Shown: positions 48,359-57,730 of the stretch, piece after piece
Layout: each line of letters begins with the position of its first letter
How positions within the stretch are numbered: the stretch's first letter is position 1
The notes under the pieces: generated by a model
What the model was told of the DNA's origin: nothing
What the model saw: the letters and a program-made list of their open reading frames with translations, nothing else
The model's database searches: none
Position numbers and translations under genes: made by a program
Assembly: GCA_965205975.1 (NCBI GenBank)
Contig: OZ242195.1
Coordinates: forward strand, 2,592,001-2,656,000
DNA length: 64,000 bases
Origin: Candidatus Latescibacterota bacterium
GTDB taxonomy: Bacteria > Latescibacterota > UBA2968
Reading direction: 5' to 3'

Positions 48359-49348
48359 GTGAGCAAACCAAAAGTCGGTATTGTAATTCGGAAATCGCTC
48401 AGAGAAAGAATTCTGAGTGATCGGGAATTGGAAACATTAGAAAGTTTTGCAGAAGTGACCATAAACGACGAAGACCGCGATATCGTAGATGGTGAAGCGG
48501 CTGAATTTCTGAACGGAATGGACGGGGCAATGACGAGTTGGAACTCGGGCGATTTGACACCTGCCATTCTGGAAGGCGTGCCAACGCTAAAAATTTGGGC
48601 TTATGGCGCGGGCACTGTAAAGGGAAAAATCTGCGATGAAGCCTGGGAAAAAGATATTGTGGTAACAAGTGCCGCACCCGCGATAGCCGATGATGTCGCA
48701 GAAATGACCATGGGATTCATGACCATGGGATTGCGCCGGGTATTTTCCCATTCACGCGCCATGCGAGAAGGTGAGAGAAAACCGGACAAGACCGAATCCC
48801 GCTCGCTGTATCGGCGCACAATCGGCGTCATCAGCGCCAGCCAGGTCGGGCAGCGCGTAATGCGGTTGTTGCAACCTTATCAGACGCGCACATTGCTCTA
48901 CGACCCCTTTGTGTCGCCAGAGCGAGCAGAGGAATTTGGCGCAGAACTCGCGGACCTGGAGACAATAGCGCGCGAAGCAGAAGTGGTAACCGTTCACGCC
49001 CCCAAATTAGACGCGACATATCACCTCTGGAATGAGACACATTTCAAACTCATGCGCGACGACTGCGTATTTATCAACACATCGCGCGGTGCCAATATCG
49101 ACGAAGCTGCGTTGATCGCAGAATTGCAAAAAGGGCGATTCTCCGCTTTCTTAGACGTAACCGATCCCGAACCCCCTGCTATGGACAGCCCACTGCGCCG
49201 TTTGCCCAACGTGGTCTTAACACCGCATTGTGCCGGGCTGCAATCCTATCGCATCGGCGCACTGGTAGTCGAAGAACTGCGCCGATTTTTTGCGAACGAA
49301 GACCAACTATTTCAAGTCAAACGAGAAATGCTGGATCGGCTGGCATAG
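48359..49348 (+). CDS. D-2-hydroxyacid dehydrogenase-family protein
   Basis: [22 protein letters not shown] and TPHCAG motifs. Confidence 0.88.
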   Translation: MSKPKVGIVIRKSLRERILSDRELETLESFAEVTINDEDRDIVDGEAAEFLNGMDGAMTSWNSGDLTPAILEGVPTLKIWAYGAGTVKGKICDEAWEKDIVVTSAAPAIADDVAEMTMGFMTMGLRRVFSHSRAMREGERKPDKTESRSLYRRTIGVISASQVGQRVMRLLQPYQTRTLLYDPFVSPERAEEFGAELADLETIAREAEVVTVHAPKLDATYHLWNETHFKLMRDDCVFINTSRGANIDEAALIAELQKGRFSAFLDVTDPEPPAMDSPLRRLPNVVLTPHCAGLQSYRIGALVVEELRRFFANEDQLFQVKREMLDRLA

Positions 49349-49358
49349 GAAGGATATA

Positions 49359-49847
49359 ATGCAAAAACGCGTAGATTATTTATCGTGGGATGAGTATTTT
49401 ATGGGTGTGGCCTTGCTATCAGCTCAACGAAGCAAAGACCCCAATACACAGGTGGGCGCGTGTATTATCAACGAAAAAAAGAAAATCGTGGGCATTGGAT
49501 ACAACGGATTGCCCATTGGATGTTCGGACGATGAGTTTCCCTGGGGCAGAGAAGGCGACTTCCTCGACACAAAATATCCCTATATCTGCCATGCAGAATT
49601 GAATGCAATCCTGAACAAAATCAGCGCAGACTTACACGAATGTACGCTTTACGTCACTTTATTTCCGTGCAATGAATGTGCAAAAGTAATTATTCAGTCG
49701 GGCATTCGTGAAGTGATCTATCTGGCGAATAAATATCCAAAGTCCGATTCTATAAAAGCCACTTACCGCATGTTTGACAGCTCGGGTATTCGCTATCGCG
49801 TTCTAAAAGAACATCGAGAGCGCGTTGTCCTTGATTTCAGAGTCTGA
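49359..49847 (+). CDS. dCMP deaminase
   Basis: [24 protein letters not shown] and PCNEC motifs. Confidence 0.92.
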   Translation: MQKRVDYLSWDEYFMGVALLSAQRSKDPNTQVGACIINEKKKIVGIGYNGLPIGCSDDEFPWGREGDFLDTKYPYICHAELNAILNKISADLHECTLYVTLFPCNECAKVIIQSGIREVIYLANKYPKSDSIKATYRMFDSSGIRYRVLKEHRERVVLDFRV

Positions 49848-49854
49848 GGCAGTC

Positions 49855-50886
49855 ATGGCATCTCCGACACTTCAAAATAGCATGGACACTAAGGCATTGT
49901 CAGGCGCGACCGATTTGAAACGCGCACTCGTGGACGTTTTATACCGAAGGCAGTTTGGTGCATTGCTAATTTTTAGCATTGATCCCCTCAATCGGGCGCC
50001 CGGGGACAATATAGAGCAAGCGCTTAAAGTGCTAAATTCCATTGTTATTCCCACCCCCGAAAGCTTTCGCATAACAGATGACAAAATTGTCGTGCTTTTT
50101 GATGCCGATGATGCGCGTGTTCGTGAAATCCCATCATCTCTGCCTGCCGTGATTGCCGGGCAAACAGGACACCGCGTATCTTGCGGTGGTGTTAAAATTT
50201 CGAGCGAAGATTATGGCCTGCACCCCCAAATGTCCGAGATGATCTTTTCCACTGCCCAATGCGTACTCGCCCGGGCGCAACAACACGCAATCCCGCACGT
50301 GGTCTGGTTGACCGAGAAATCTGCAGAGGATATATTATATCTAACAGATATTTCCCTGAACTTTTTTCGAGAAATTGCGCGTATCAACGCCACGCGAGTG
50401 CAAAGAATGACATTGGAATCGCGCACAGATTTTTTGACAGGTCTTTACAATCGGCGCGGTTTTGAAGCAGTATTTACACGTATGGTGCGACGCGCAAATC
50501 GCAATGGAAACCCCCTCGCGCTCTACTACATAGATTCCGATTCGCTCAAGGCGATCAACGACAGCAAAGGGCACGATGCGGGCGACCGATTTATTGTAGA
50601 TTTGGCACAAGTATTGAATGACATGCTGCGCGCATCGGATTTGTTATCGCGGTGGGCGGGAGATGAATTTGCTGCGGTAGTTGAAAATACGCCGCGAGCG
50701 CGTGCTTATGCGATAGCCCGCCGTTTGAACCGGGCCGTTGATGAAAGCACAGAAGGCACGATATCCATTGGGGTTTATCACGGCGTACCCAAATCAATGG
50801 AAGACGCGTTTCGACAAGCAGATGCTGCCCTTTACCGCGTAAAAAACCGCGGTAAAAATGATATAGAACTGGCTGACCCGGTTTAG
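49855..50886 (+). CDS. GGDEF-domain protein (AGDEF variant)
   Basis: DFLTGLYNRR, IND-KGHDAGD, RASD I-site, RWAGDEF and ADAALY-K motifs. Confidence 0.88.
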   Translation: MASPTLQNSMDTKALSGATDLKRALVDVLYRRQFGALLIFSIDPLNRAPGDNIEQALKVLNSIVIPTPESFRITDDKIVVLFDADDARVREIPSSLPAVIAGQTGHRVSCGGVKISSEDYGLHPQMSEMIFSTAQCVLARAQQHAIPHVVWLTEKSAEDILYLTDISLNFFREIARINATRVQRMTLESRTDFLTGLYNRRGFEAVFTRMVRRANRNGNPLALYYIDSDSLKAINDSKGHDAGDRFIVDLAQVLNDMLRASDLLSRWAGDEFAAVVENTPRARAYAIARRLNRAVDESTEGTISIGVYHGVPKSMEDAFRQADAALYRVKNRGKNDIELADPV

Positions 50887-50962
50887 AAACCCGGAATGGG
50901 TTTACATCGTCTTATTAAAGATTACGAGAAGGATCTACCCGTTCATTTGAAGGAGACATATC

Positions 50963-51505
50963 ATGCCAAAAAAGAAACGCTACGGAATGAATAAATACCA
51001 GAAAAGAGCAAAAAAAGTAGGCGAACTTCGGTTGCGACAAGAAGATATTCCGCATTATCTCGCACTGGCGGAAAGCGACGACCCGGCAGACCGGCACGAA
51101 GCCGCTGCCAATTTGTGTCCGTGCCATGTGCGGCATCCCGTTCCCGAAATACAGACCGCGCTATTTAAGCTCATGGAAGACCCCGACTCAAACGTGCGCG
51201 CCCGCGCCTGGCACACGCTGGAAGATGGCGGCGTACCTGACGATCCGAGAATGGATGAAATTTTTGAACGCGCCCGTCAAAATGAAACCGATAAGACAGT
51301 GCTGAACTTTATGCGACAGGTGGAAAACGAAAATTACGCGCACAAAGAACGCACCATGCTCAAAGTCGCAGCCCAATCGGAATACGATCAGACTGGCCGA
51401 TGCGATTTTTGCGGAACAACCGGCAGGGTAAAAACAGATTTTGACACCGAAATACCCGATGGCGGGCAGATGCGCTTTGCATTGGTATGCGAAGATTGTA
51501 GATAA
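50963..51505 (+). CDS. HEAT-repeat protein with C-terminal zinc-ribbon-like motif
   Basis: LCPCH; LMEDPDSNVRARAWHTL; CDFC...CEDC. Confidence 0.72.
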   Translation: MPKKKRYGMNKYQKRAKKVGELRLRQEDIPHYLALAESDDPADRHEAAANLCPCHVRHPVPEIQTALFKLMEDPDSNVRARAWHTLEDGGVPDDPRMDEIFERARQNETDKTVLNFMRQVENENYAHKERTMLKVAAQSEYDQTGRCDFCGTTGRVKTDFDTEIPDGGQMRFALVCEDCR

Positions 51506-51511
51506 AAATGA

Positions 51512-51537
51512 GTAGGGGCGACCCCCTGTGGTCGCCC
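51512..51537 (+). repeat. GTAG-type REP palindrome
   Basis: GTAGGGGCGACCCCCTGTGGTCGCCC. Confidence 0.88.
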
Positions 51538-51591
51538 ACTTTACCAGAGTGCTAATGTAGTTGTATTCCAATTCAACAAAGGATTTTTTTT

Positions 51592-51846
51592 ATGATCGAA
51601 GGACCATCAGAAATTGAGTATCCGTGTTTATGGAATTTTAAGATCATTGGCCGCGAAGAAGAACACATGCGTCGGGCGATTGCCAAAATTGTGGGCGATA
51701 GCGATTATACCCTGACCTTTTCAAATCAGAGCAGGCACGGGAAGTATCGCAGCTTAAACCTGGACATGGTCGTCCTCGACGAATCCCACCGCCTCAATAT
51801 CTATGAGGCTCTCAGACATCATCGCAGTATTCAAATTGTGCTTTAA
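51592..51846 (+). CDS. DUF493 (YbeD/HP0495-like) protein
   Basis: IEYPC-W-FKIIG...SRHGKY-SL...IY-AL. Confidence 0.85.
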   Translation: MIEGPSEIEYPCLWNFKIIGREEEHMRRAIAKIVGDSDYTLTFSNQSRHGKYRSLNLDMVVLDESHRLNIYEALRHHRSIQIVL

Positions 51847-51981
51847 ATCCGTCCGTTTTTCCTATTTTATCTTGACAATCCACGCCATTTCTTGCACTAT
51901 TTACGGCTTGCGATCCTCGCTTATTACGGTGCTGTCGTAGTGGAATGAAACAACCTCTACGATTGAGGATTGGAGCAAAAA

Positions 51982-52299
51982 ATGGCTCGCGTACCCAGCA
52001 ATCGAATTGCGACACATCCTGGTGCTTTGTTGCTTGAACAGATAGAAGAAATGGGACTGACCGTTAATGGCGTTGCCCGAGACATCAACCTGCCAGCAAC
52101 CCGCTTGCATGAGATTGTCCATGAACGCCGAGGCGTGAGTGCAGAGACAGCAATCGCTCTGGGAGTGTATTTTGGACAGACTCCAGAATTTTGGATGAAC
52201 GCTCAGAAGACGTATGAGCTATCAAAGGAATTAGTTGAAAACGGTGAGGAAATTTACGCGAGAATCCGTCGCCGTGCAAAAACTCAAGCTGCGATTTAG
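51982..52299 (+). CDS. higA: HigA-family antitoxin (orphan)
   Basis: THPG-LL, RLHEIV-RR-VSAETA-LG-YFG-PEFWMN. Confidence 0.85.
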   Translation: MARVPSNRIATHPGALLLEQIEEMGLTVNGVARDINLPATRLHEIVHERRGVSAETAIALGVYFGQTPEFWMNAQKTYELSKELVENGEEIYARIRRRAKTQAAI

Positions 52300-52537
52300 C
52301 ATATCATCTGGGGACGACATTTTCCTACGGTCAAATGTTGTTCTTTCAAGGATAATGTAACTACAATAATCACAGGATTTTGCCGTATCTAATACAAGTA
52401 ATTCAGTTAGATTATCCAAAAAAAGATAGTGTACTTCCCGAAAGTCGTGGTCACTGGCTAAGCTATGTTTATGATCGGGCTACTTGTTACTGCATGAGGT
52501 CATCATATACTCATTCAGAGAATTAGGCACTCATAAA

Positions 52538-53017
52538 ATGACAAACAACTTTCAACGTGAAGGATCATCTAGCAATTCCCATGTTGGGAGAGATTTTGAA
52601 GAGGCTGCAATTGGTGTGCTTGCCGAGTGTGGTGTAAAAGTTCGAAAGAAATATTCTGTAGAGGTAGGAGTCTCTAATTTCAAAAAGCATCACGAATTTG
52701 ACTTAGGTGCAGATCACCCTCCTACCATAGTTGAGTGTAAATCCCACAGATGGACAAAAGGTGGGAATGTCCCGAGTGCCAAGATGACCAACTGGAATGA
52801 GGCGATGTATTACTTTGCATGTTTGCCACCCAAATTTCGTAAGATATTCTTTGTTTTGAGAGATGTTCGAGAGAAAAGAGGAAAATCAGAATCATTGGCT
52901 GAGTACTACATCAGGACATATTATCACTTAATTCCCTCTGACGTTGAAATTTGGGAGTTTGATGATAAAATAAATGAAGCCGAGATCGTGTATGAAGCAT
53001 CTTTAGGTCTGAAATGA
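52538..53017 (+). CDS. Hypothetical PD-(D/E)XK endonuclease-like protein
   Basis: GRDFE...HEFDLG...IVECKS; AT-rich. Confidence 0.7.
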   Translation: MTNNFQREGSSSNSHVGRDFEEAAIGVLAECGVKVRKKYSVEVGVSNFKKHHEFDLGADHPPTIVECKSHRWTKGGNVPSAKMTNWNEAMYYFACLPPKFRKIFFVLRDVREKRGKSESLAEYYIRTYYHLIPSDVEIWEFDDKINEAEIVYEASLGLK

Positions 53018-53026
53018 AGGCAGTGC

Positions 53027-53098
53027 ATCGCACTGAAGGTGTATTTTGGGCAAACGCCGGAATTTTGGATGAATACTCAGAAAATGTATAAACTATCA
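53027..53098 (+). pseudogene. Fragment of a second higA
   Basis: IALKVYFGQTPEFWMNTQKMYKLS, 20/24 identical to 52153-52224. Confidence 0.8.
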
Positions 53099-53222
53099 GG
53101 TGCCGAGGCGAGTTAGTCAGTGACCGATTGCCTTGAGGTATCCAATATCCAAGCAATATTATACTCTTAGATATTTTGTGAATGGTGGTTTGCTCTTACA
53201 CGCCATCTACAGGGAGAACGAA

Positions 53223-53462
53223 ATGGGCGCATCGAGAATAACCATAACGCTGGATGAAGGGTTGCTCAAACGCCTTGACCATCTCGTGCAGGCGGTACCT
53301 TATTCAAGTCGTAGCCGGGCGATTCAAGAGGCAGTTGAGGACAAGCTCAGAAAGGCGAATAGGGATGACTTTGAGAGGGAGCTTGTCAAGTTAGATCCGC
53401 AATTTGAGCAGGAAATGGCCGATGAAGGGTATGGCCTTAACCAATTAATCACGGCGCAATGA
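53223..53462 (+). CDS. CopG/RHH-family antitoxin-like protein (orphan)
   Basis: ITITLDEGLLKRLD-LV...SRSRAIQEAV...LDP-FEQ-MADEG. Confidence 0.78.
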   Translation: MGASRITITLDEGLLKRLDHLVQAVPYSSRSRAIQEAVEDKLRKANRDDFERELVKLDPQFEQEMADEGYGLNQLITAQ

Positions 53463-53492
53463 TGAAAAAACCCCTATCCTTTAGGGTTCCCT

Positions 53493-53765
53493 ATGTACAA
53501 TTTTAACTTTAACGTGCAAAATATTGAAGACGGTCAGGGCATGGGCATTGCGCTGACCGGGATGATCATTGTATTCTGCGTTTTGACATTGATCAGCGTA
53601 TTTATTGTAATATTGCCCAAAATATTGGCTGTTGTAGCAAAGAAATTTCCCGAATCTGCAGGACACCATGGTGTGCCCGTACAGGATGAAGACGACTCTG
53701 CCCTGGCCGCAATCGGTTATGTCATGCACATGAGGCGTAGTACCGAAATCAAACAGAAAGTTTAG
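53493..53765 (+). CDS. oadG: Na+-translocating decarboxylase gamma subunit
   Basis: ALTGMIIVFCVL TM; LAAI tail; first gene of the operon. Confidence 0.8.
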   Translation: MYNFNFNVQNIEDGQGMGIALTGMIIVFCVLTLISVFIVILPKILAVVAKKFPESAGHHGVPVQDEDDSALAAIGYVMHMRRSTEIKQKV

Positions 53766-53785
53766 AACAGTTTCTAAGGTATTTG

Positions 53786-54913
53786 ATGGACATATTTTAC
53801 GATTTTTTGAATACAACTGGATTTGCCAACTTGAGTTGGGGCAATGTCATTATGATCGCAATCGGCATTGTGTTTATCCACCTGGCGATCACCAGAGATT
53901 ACGAACCCCTGTTGTTGCTGCCAATTGGTTTTGGCATGATCGTGGGCAACATCCCCGCTATCCCGAGCATGGCCCTCGGCGTTTACGACGAGGGCAGTGT
54001 ATTGCGCTATATTTACTTTGGCGTGACATCGGGCCTGTTCCCGCCGCTGATTTTTTTGGGAATTGGCGCAATGACAGATTTCTCCACACTCCTATCCAAT
54101 CCCAAACTGGTACTATTGGGCGCAGCGGCGCAAATGGGCATATTCCTGACCCTGATCGGTGCGCTCTATCTGGGCTTTTCACCTTCCGAATCTGGAGCCA
54201 TCGGAATCATTGGAGGGGCTGATGGACCGACGGCCATTTTCTTATCGGCTAAATTGGCTCCTCATCTTTTGGGTGCCATTGCCATTGCCGCGTATTCGTA
54301 CATGGCACTCGTACCGGTAATTCAGCCGCCTGTCATGAAACTGTTGACCACAAAACGCGAGCGCCTGATTCGCATGCCCGAACCGCGCAAACCCTCCAAG
54401 CGCGAACGCATCATTTTTCCAATAGCTGGCTTCTTAATTGCAACCTTAATTGCACCGGGCGCATTGACCCTGCTGGGCATGCTATTTTTTGGCAACTTGT
54501 TAAAAGAGAGCATGGTCACAGACCGATTGGCAGAATCCGCACGCACCGCAATGGTCGATATTGTGACAATCTTGCTCGGTTTCTCCGTGGGCGCCAGCAC
54601 AGAAGCACAGACATTTTTGACCCCTGATTCGCTTTTGATTTTTGGCCTGGGCGCGCTATCTTTTGCAGTCGCTACGGCCAGCGGCGTCCTGTTTGCAAAA
54701 TTGATGAACGTGTTGACAAAAGAAAAAATCAATCCCCTCGTAGGTGCCGCAGGCGTATCGGCAGTGCCCGACTCTGCGCGGGTCGTACAGATGGTGGGAC
54801 AACAAGAAGACGCACATAATTTCTTATTGATGCACGCCATGGCACCCAATGTGGCTGGCGTGATCGGCTCGGCTGTTGCCGCGGGCATCTTGTGGTCGGT
54901 ACTGGTTCAGTAG
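53786..54913 (+). CDS. oadB: Na+-translocating decarboxylase beta subunit
   Basis: EPLLLLPIGFG, IIGGADGPT, GVSAVP and AMAPNVAGVIGS motifs. Confidence 0.93.
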   Translation: MDIFYDFLNTTGFANLSWGNVIMIAIGIVFIHLAITRDYEPLLLLPIGFGMIVGNIPAIPSMALGVYDEGSVLRYIYFGVTSGLFPPLIFLGIGAMTDFSTLLSNPKLVLLGAAAQMGIFLTLIGALYLGFSPSESGAIGIIGGADGPTAIFLSAKLAPHLLGAIAIAAYSYMALVPVIQPPVMKLLTTKRERLIRMPEPRKPSKRERIIFPIAGFLIATLIAPGALTLLGMLFFGNLLKESMVTDRLAESARTAMVDIVTILLGFSVGASTEAQTFLTPDSLLIFGLGALSFAVATASGVLFAKLMNVLTKEKINPLVGAAGVSAVPDSARVVQMVGQQEDAHNFLLMHAMAPNVAGVIGSAVAAGILWSVLVQ

Positions 54914-54941
54914 GCACTGCATTTGGCGAAGGATTTTAGTT

Positions 54942-56732
54942 ATGGCAAAGAAAAAAGTAATATTTATGTGTACGGCGTTTCGCGATGGCTTTCAATCGGT
55001 TTATGGCGCGCGCGTGTTTACGCCCGACTTTTTACCTGCGGTAGAGGCCGCACGCGAAGCCGGAATTGATTACCATGAAGCTGGTGGCGGAGCGCGATTT
55101 CAATCCCTTTACTTCTATTGCAATGAAGACGCGTTTGCAATGACCGATGCGTTTCGCGAAGCCGCAGGACCAGAGGCCAATTTGCAGACCCTGGCACGCG
55201 GCGTGAATGTGGTAGGACTGGAATCGCAGTCGAGCGACATCATCAAGCTACACGCCGAATTGTTCAAAAAACACGGCATTACGACCATCCGCAATTTTGA
55301 CGCCCTCAACGACGTCAACAATTTGATCTACAGCGGACAATGTATCGCAGAAGCGGGATTGCACCATCAAGTATGCGTGACATTGATGGAATTGCCACCC
55401 GGATGCACCGGGGCACACGACGCGGATTTTTATGAACAAACACTCCGCGAGATTTTAGATGCCGATATTCCATATCACTCGGTGTGTTTCAAAGATGCCT
55501 CAGGTACAGCCGTGCCAGCAAAAGTATATGAAACCATTAAACGGGCGCGCCAACTGCTACCCGACGGCACATTTATCCACTTTCACACCCATGAAACGGC
55601 AGGGATCAGCGTCCAGGCCAATCTGGCCGCGCTGGAAGCGGGAGCCGATGCTATCGACCTGTCGTTGGCACCTTGTTCCGGGGGCACATGCCAGCCCGAT
55701 ATCCTGGTCATGTGGCACGCACTTCGCGGCACAAATTACGATCTGGATATCGATATAGAAAAAGTCCGCGACGCCGAAGAAGTATTTAAGGAATGCATGG
55801 CGGATTACTTTTTGCCACCAGAAGCCACGGCGGTTGAACCCATGATCCCCTGGAGCCCAATGCCGGGTGGCGCGCTCACGGCCAATACGCAGATGTTGCG
55901 CGACAATGGCATCATGGACAAATATCCCGACATGATCAAAGCCATGGGCGACGTGGTAGAGCGGGGTGGTTTTGGCACATCTGTCACACCCGTATCGCAA
56001 TTCTATTTCCAACAGGCATTTAACAATGTGATGTTTGGTCCCTGGGAAAGAATCGCCGAACCTTATGGGCAAATGGTACTCGGTTATTTTGGCAAAACTC
56101 CCGTCCCTCCCGATCCCGAAGTTGTGAAAATCGCGTCAAATCAACTGGGACTTGAGCCCACAGACCAGCCACCTCTCGAACGCAATGATGCCGATCCCGA
56201 AAAAGGGAGAGATGCTGCGAAAAAACTGTTGGACGCCGAGGGAATTGAGGCGACAGATGAGCACATCTTTATCGTAGCGACGTGCGGCGATAAGGGAATG
56301 GATTTCTTGAAAGGCGATGCCGAAATTGGCGTGCGAAAAATCGAAAAGCAGGATGACGCACCCGTACCAGTTGCCGACGGCGCAGCAGAATATAAGCTAC
56401 AGGTCAATGGCAAATCCGTGCGCGTGCAAATTGACGGCAATATCGCCACGGTAAATGGCACAGCTTATACAGTGGATATAGAAGATACAGTATCTACACA
56501 GACGTCAACACCCGCCAATGCCGAACCTGTAAGCGCGCAAATGCCTGGAAAAGTCATTCGGATTTTGAAACACGCAGGGGATCAAGTCCAGGCGGGCGAA
56601 ACGATCCTCATTCTGGAAGCAATGAAAATGGAAGTCCAGATCACCTCTCCAAATGCGGGCACAGTCATCGAAATGCCCGTCAACGTCGGCGACCAGGTAT
56701 CCAATGGTCAGACGCTTGCGATGGTAGGGTAA
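54942..56732 (+). CDS. oadA: Oxaloacetate decarboxylase alpha/PycB-like carboxyltransferase with biotin carrier domain
   Basis: RDGFQS, FKDASG, HTH, MPGG, VTPVSQ and EAMKME motifs. Confidence 0.88.
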   Translation: MAKKKVIFMCTAFRDGFQSVYGARVFTPDFLPAVEAAREAGIDYHEAGGGARFQSLYFYCNEDAFAMTDAFREAAGPEANLQTLARGVNVVGLESQSSDIIKLHAELFKKHGITTIRNFDALNDVNNLIYSGQCIAEAGLHHQVCVTLMELPPGCTGAHDADFYEQTLREILDADIPYHSVCFKDASGTAVPAKVYETIKRARQLLPDGTFIHFHTHETAGISVQANLAALEAGADAIDLSLAPCSGGTCQPDILVMWHALRGTNYDLDIDIEKVRDAEEVFKECMADYFLPPEATAVEPMIPWSPMPGGALTANTQMLRDNGIMDKYPDMIKAMGDVVERGGFGTSVTPVSQFYFQQAFNNVMFGPWERIAEPYGQMVLGYFGKTPVPPDPEVVKIASNQLGLEPTDQPPLERNDADPEKGRDAAKKLLDAEGIEATDEHIFIVATCGDKGMDFLKGDAEIGVRKIEKQDDAPVPVADGAAEYKLQVNGKSVRVQIDGNIATVNGTAYTVDIEDTVSTQTSTPANAEPVSAQMPGKVIRILKHAGDQVQAGETILILEAMKMEVQITSPNAGTVIEMPVNVGDQVSNGQTLAMVG

Positions 56733-56742
56733 CACGCCTCCC

Positions 56743-57501
56743 TTAAATCGCCGCGACATCACCTGCCCAAATCTCACTTATCTGACCGTCTGACCCGCGC
56801 AACAAAAGCTGGCCGCAGTCGCCAAATCCCGCGAGAACGCCCGTTTTCACGTCATCGCCTTCTCCAACTGAGATCTCCTCACCGAGATAAACACAGCGGT
56901 ATTCCCATGCTGTGCGAAGAGCGGCAAAACCCTCGCTTTCCCAGCGATCAATCCACGGAGCAGTACTTGAAAGAACTCGCGCGAGCACTTGTTCGAGATC
57001 GTATTCGCGTCCCGTTTCAAGACGCATAGACGTGACGTGACGGTCGATAAGAGCCGCGGTCGTCGCATCCATATTCACGTTGAGACCAATACCAACGACA
57101 ATAGCCGTGCCATCAGGCTGTTTTTGGTCGCTGCGCTCGAGAAGCATGCCGCAAATTTTGGCGCTATCGATCAAAACATCGTTGGGCCACTTGGTACGCG
57201 TACTTATAGCATAAGTTTTCAGCGCATCGGATACACCCAGAGAAATAGCAATGGGAAGAGAGGTCAACTGAGAAACCGTGGCTTTCGTGATAAGAAGAAA
57301 AGAAAACGTCAGATTCTCATTGGCCTGCGCGATCCATTGACGCTGATAACGTCCTCGTCCCGCTGTTTGTTCCCGCGCAGCGAGGACAAAGCCGGAAGAA
57401 AGCCTCTCACCTCTATATAGACGCTGAAGAAGGTGCGTATTGGTCGAAGCGAGTTGATCGTGCCATTCGGAGGGTAGAAAATTCATAGAAATTGAGTGCA
57501 T
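56743..57501 (-). CDS. birA: Biotin-protein ligase (no HTH domain)
   Basis: STN, QTAGRGR, KWPND, KICGML and GIGLNV motifs. Confidence 0.92.
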   Translation of the reverse strand: MHSISMNFLPSEWHDQLASTNTHLLQRLYRGERLSSGFVLAAREQTAGRGRYQRQWIAQANENLTFSFLLITKATVSQLTSLPIAISLGVSDALKTYAISTRTKWPNDVLIDSAKICGMLLERSDQKQPDGTAIVVGIGLNVNMDATTAALIDRHVTSMRLETGREYDLEQVLARVLSSTAPWIDRWESEGFAALRTAWEYRCVYLGEEISVGEGDDVKTGVLAGFGDCGQLLLRGSDGQISEIWAGDVAAI

Positions 57502-57599
57502 AAATAAATGTGATAAAATCTGACCTCGTGTGCTCAGGAATTATCACTTTTTTTAGTGTGTCTCATAAGGGACAAACACAGATCTGTCCATTTGCCCGC

Positions 57600-57628
57600 T
57601 TGACAATAGAATGGGAATGCCACATACT
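57600..57628 (+). promoter_or_regulatory. Sigma70-like promoter of the yej operon
   Basis: TTGACA-17 bp-CATACT. Confidence 0.6.
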
Positions 57629-57730
57629 TCACAAGGGCAGACGTAGCAGCAGGCGTATAGGCACGCCTGTTTGTCTGCCCATCACCGTATATGCCCTCTG
57701 CCTTAAACATTTTAACAAAGGAGCCTGCTC

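Noticed and set aside
49359..49847. dCMP deaminase as an antiphage dCTP-depletion system
   Set aside because: Single-domain housekeeping-type enzyme without a kinase-like domain, not in a defence context
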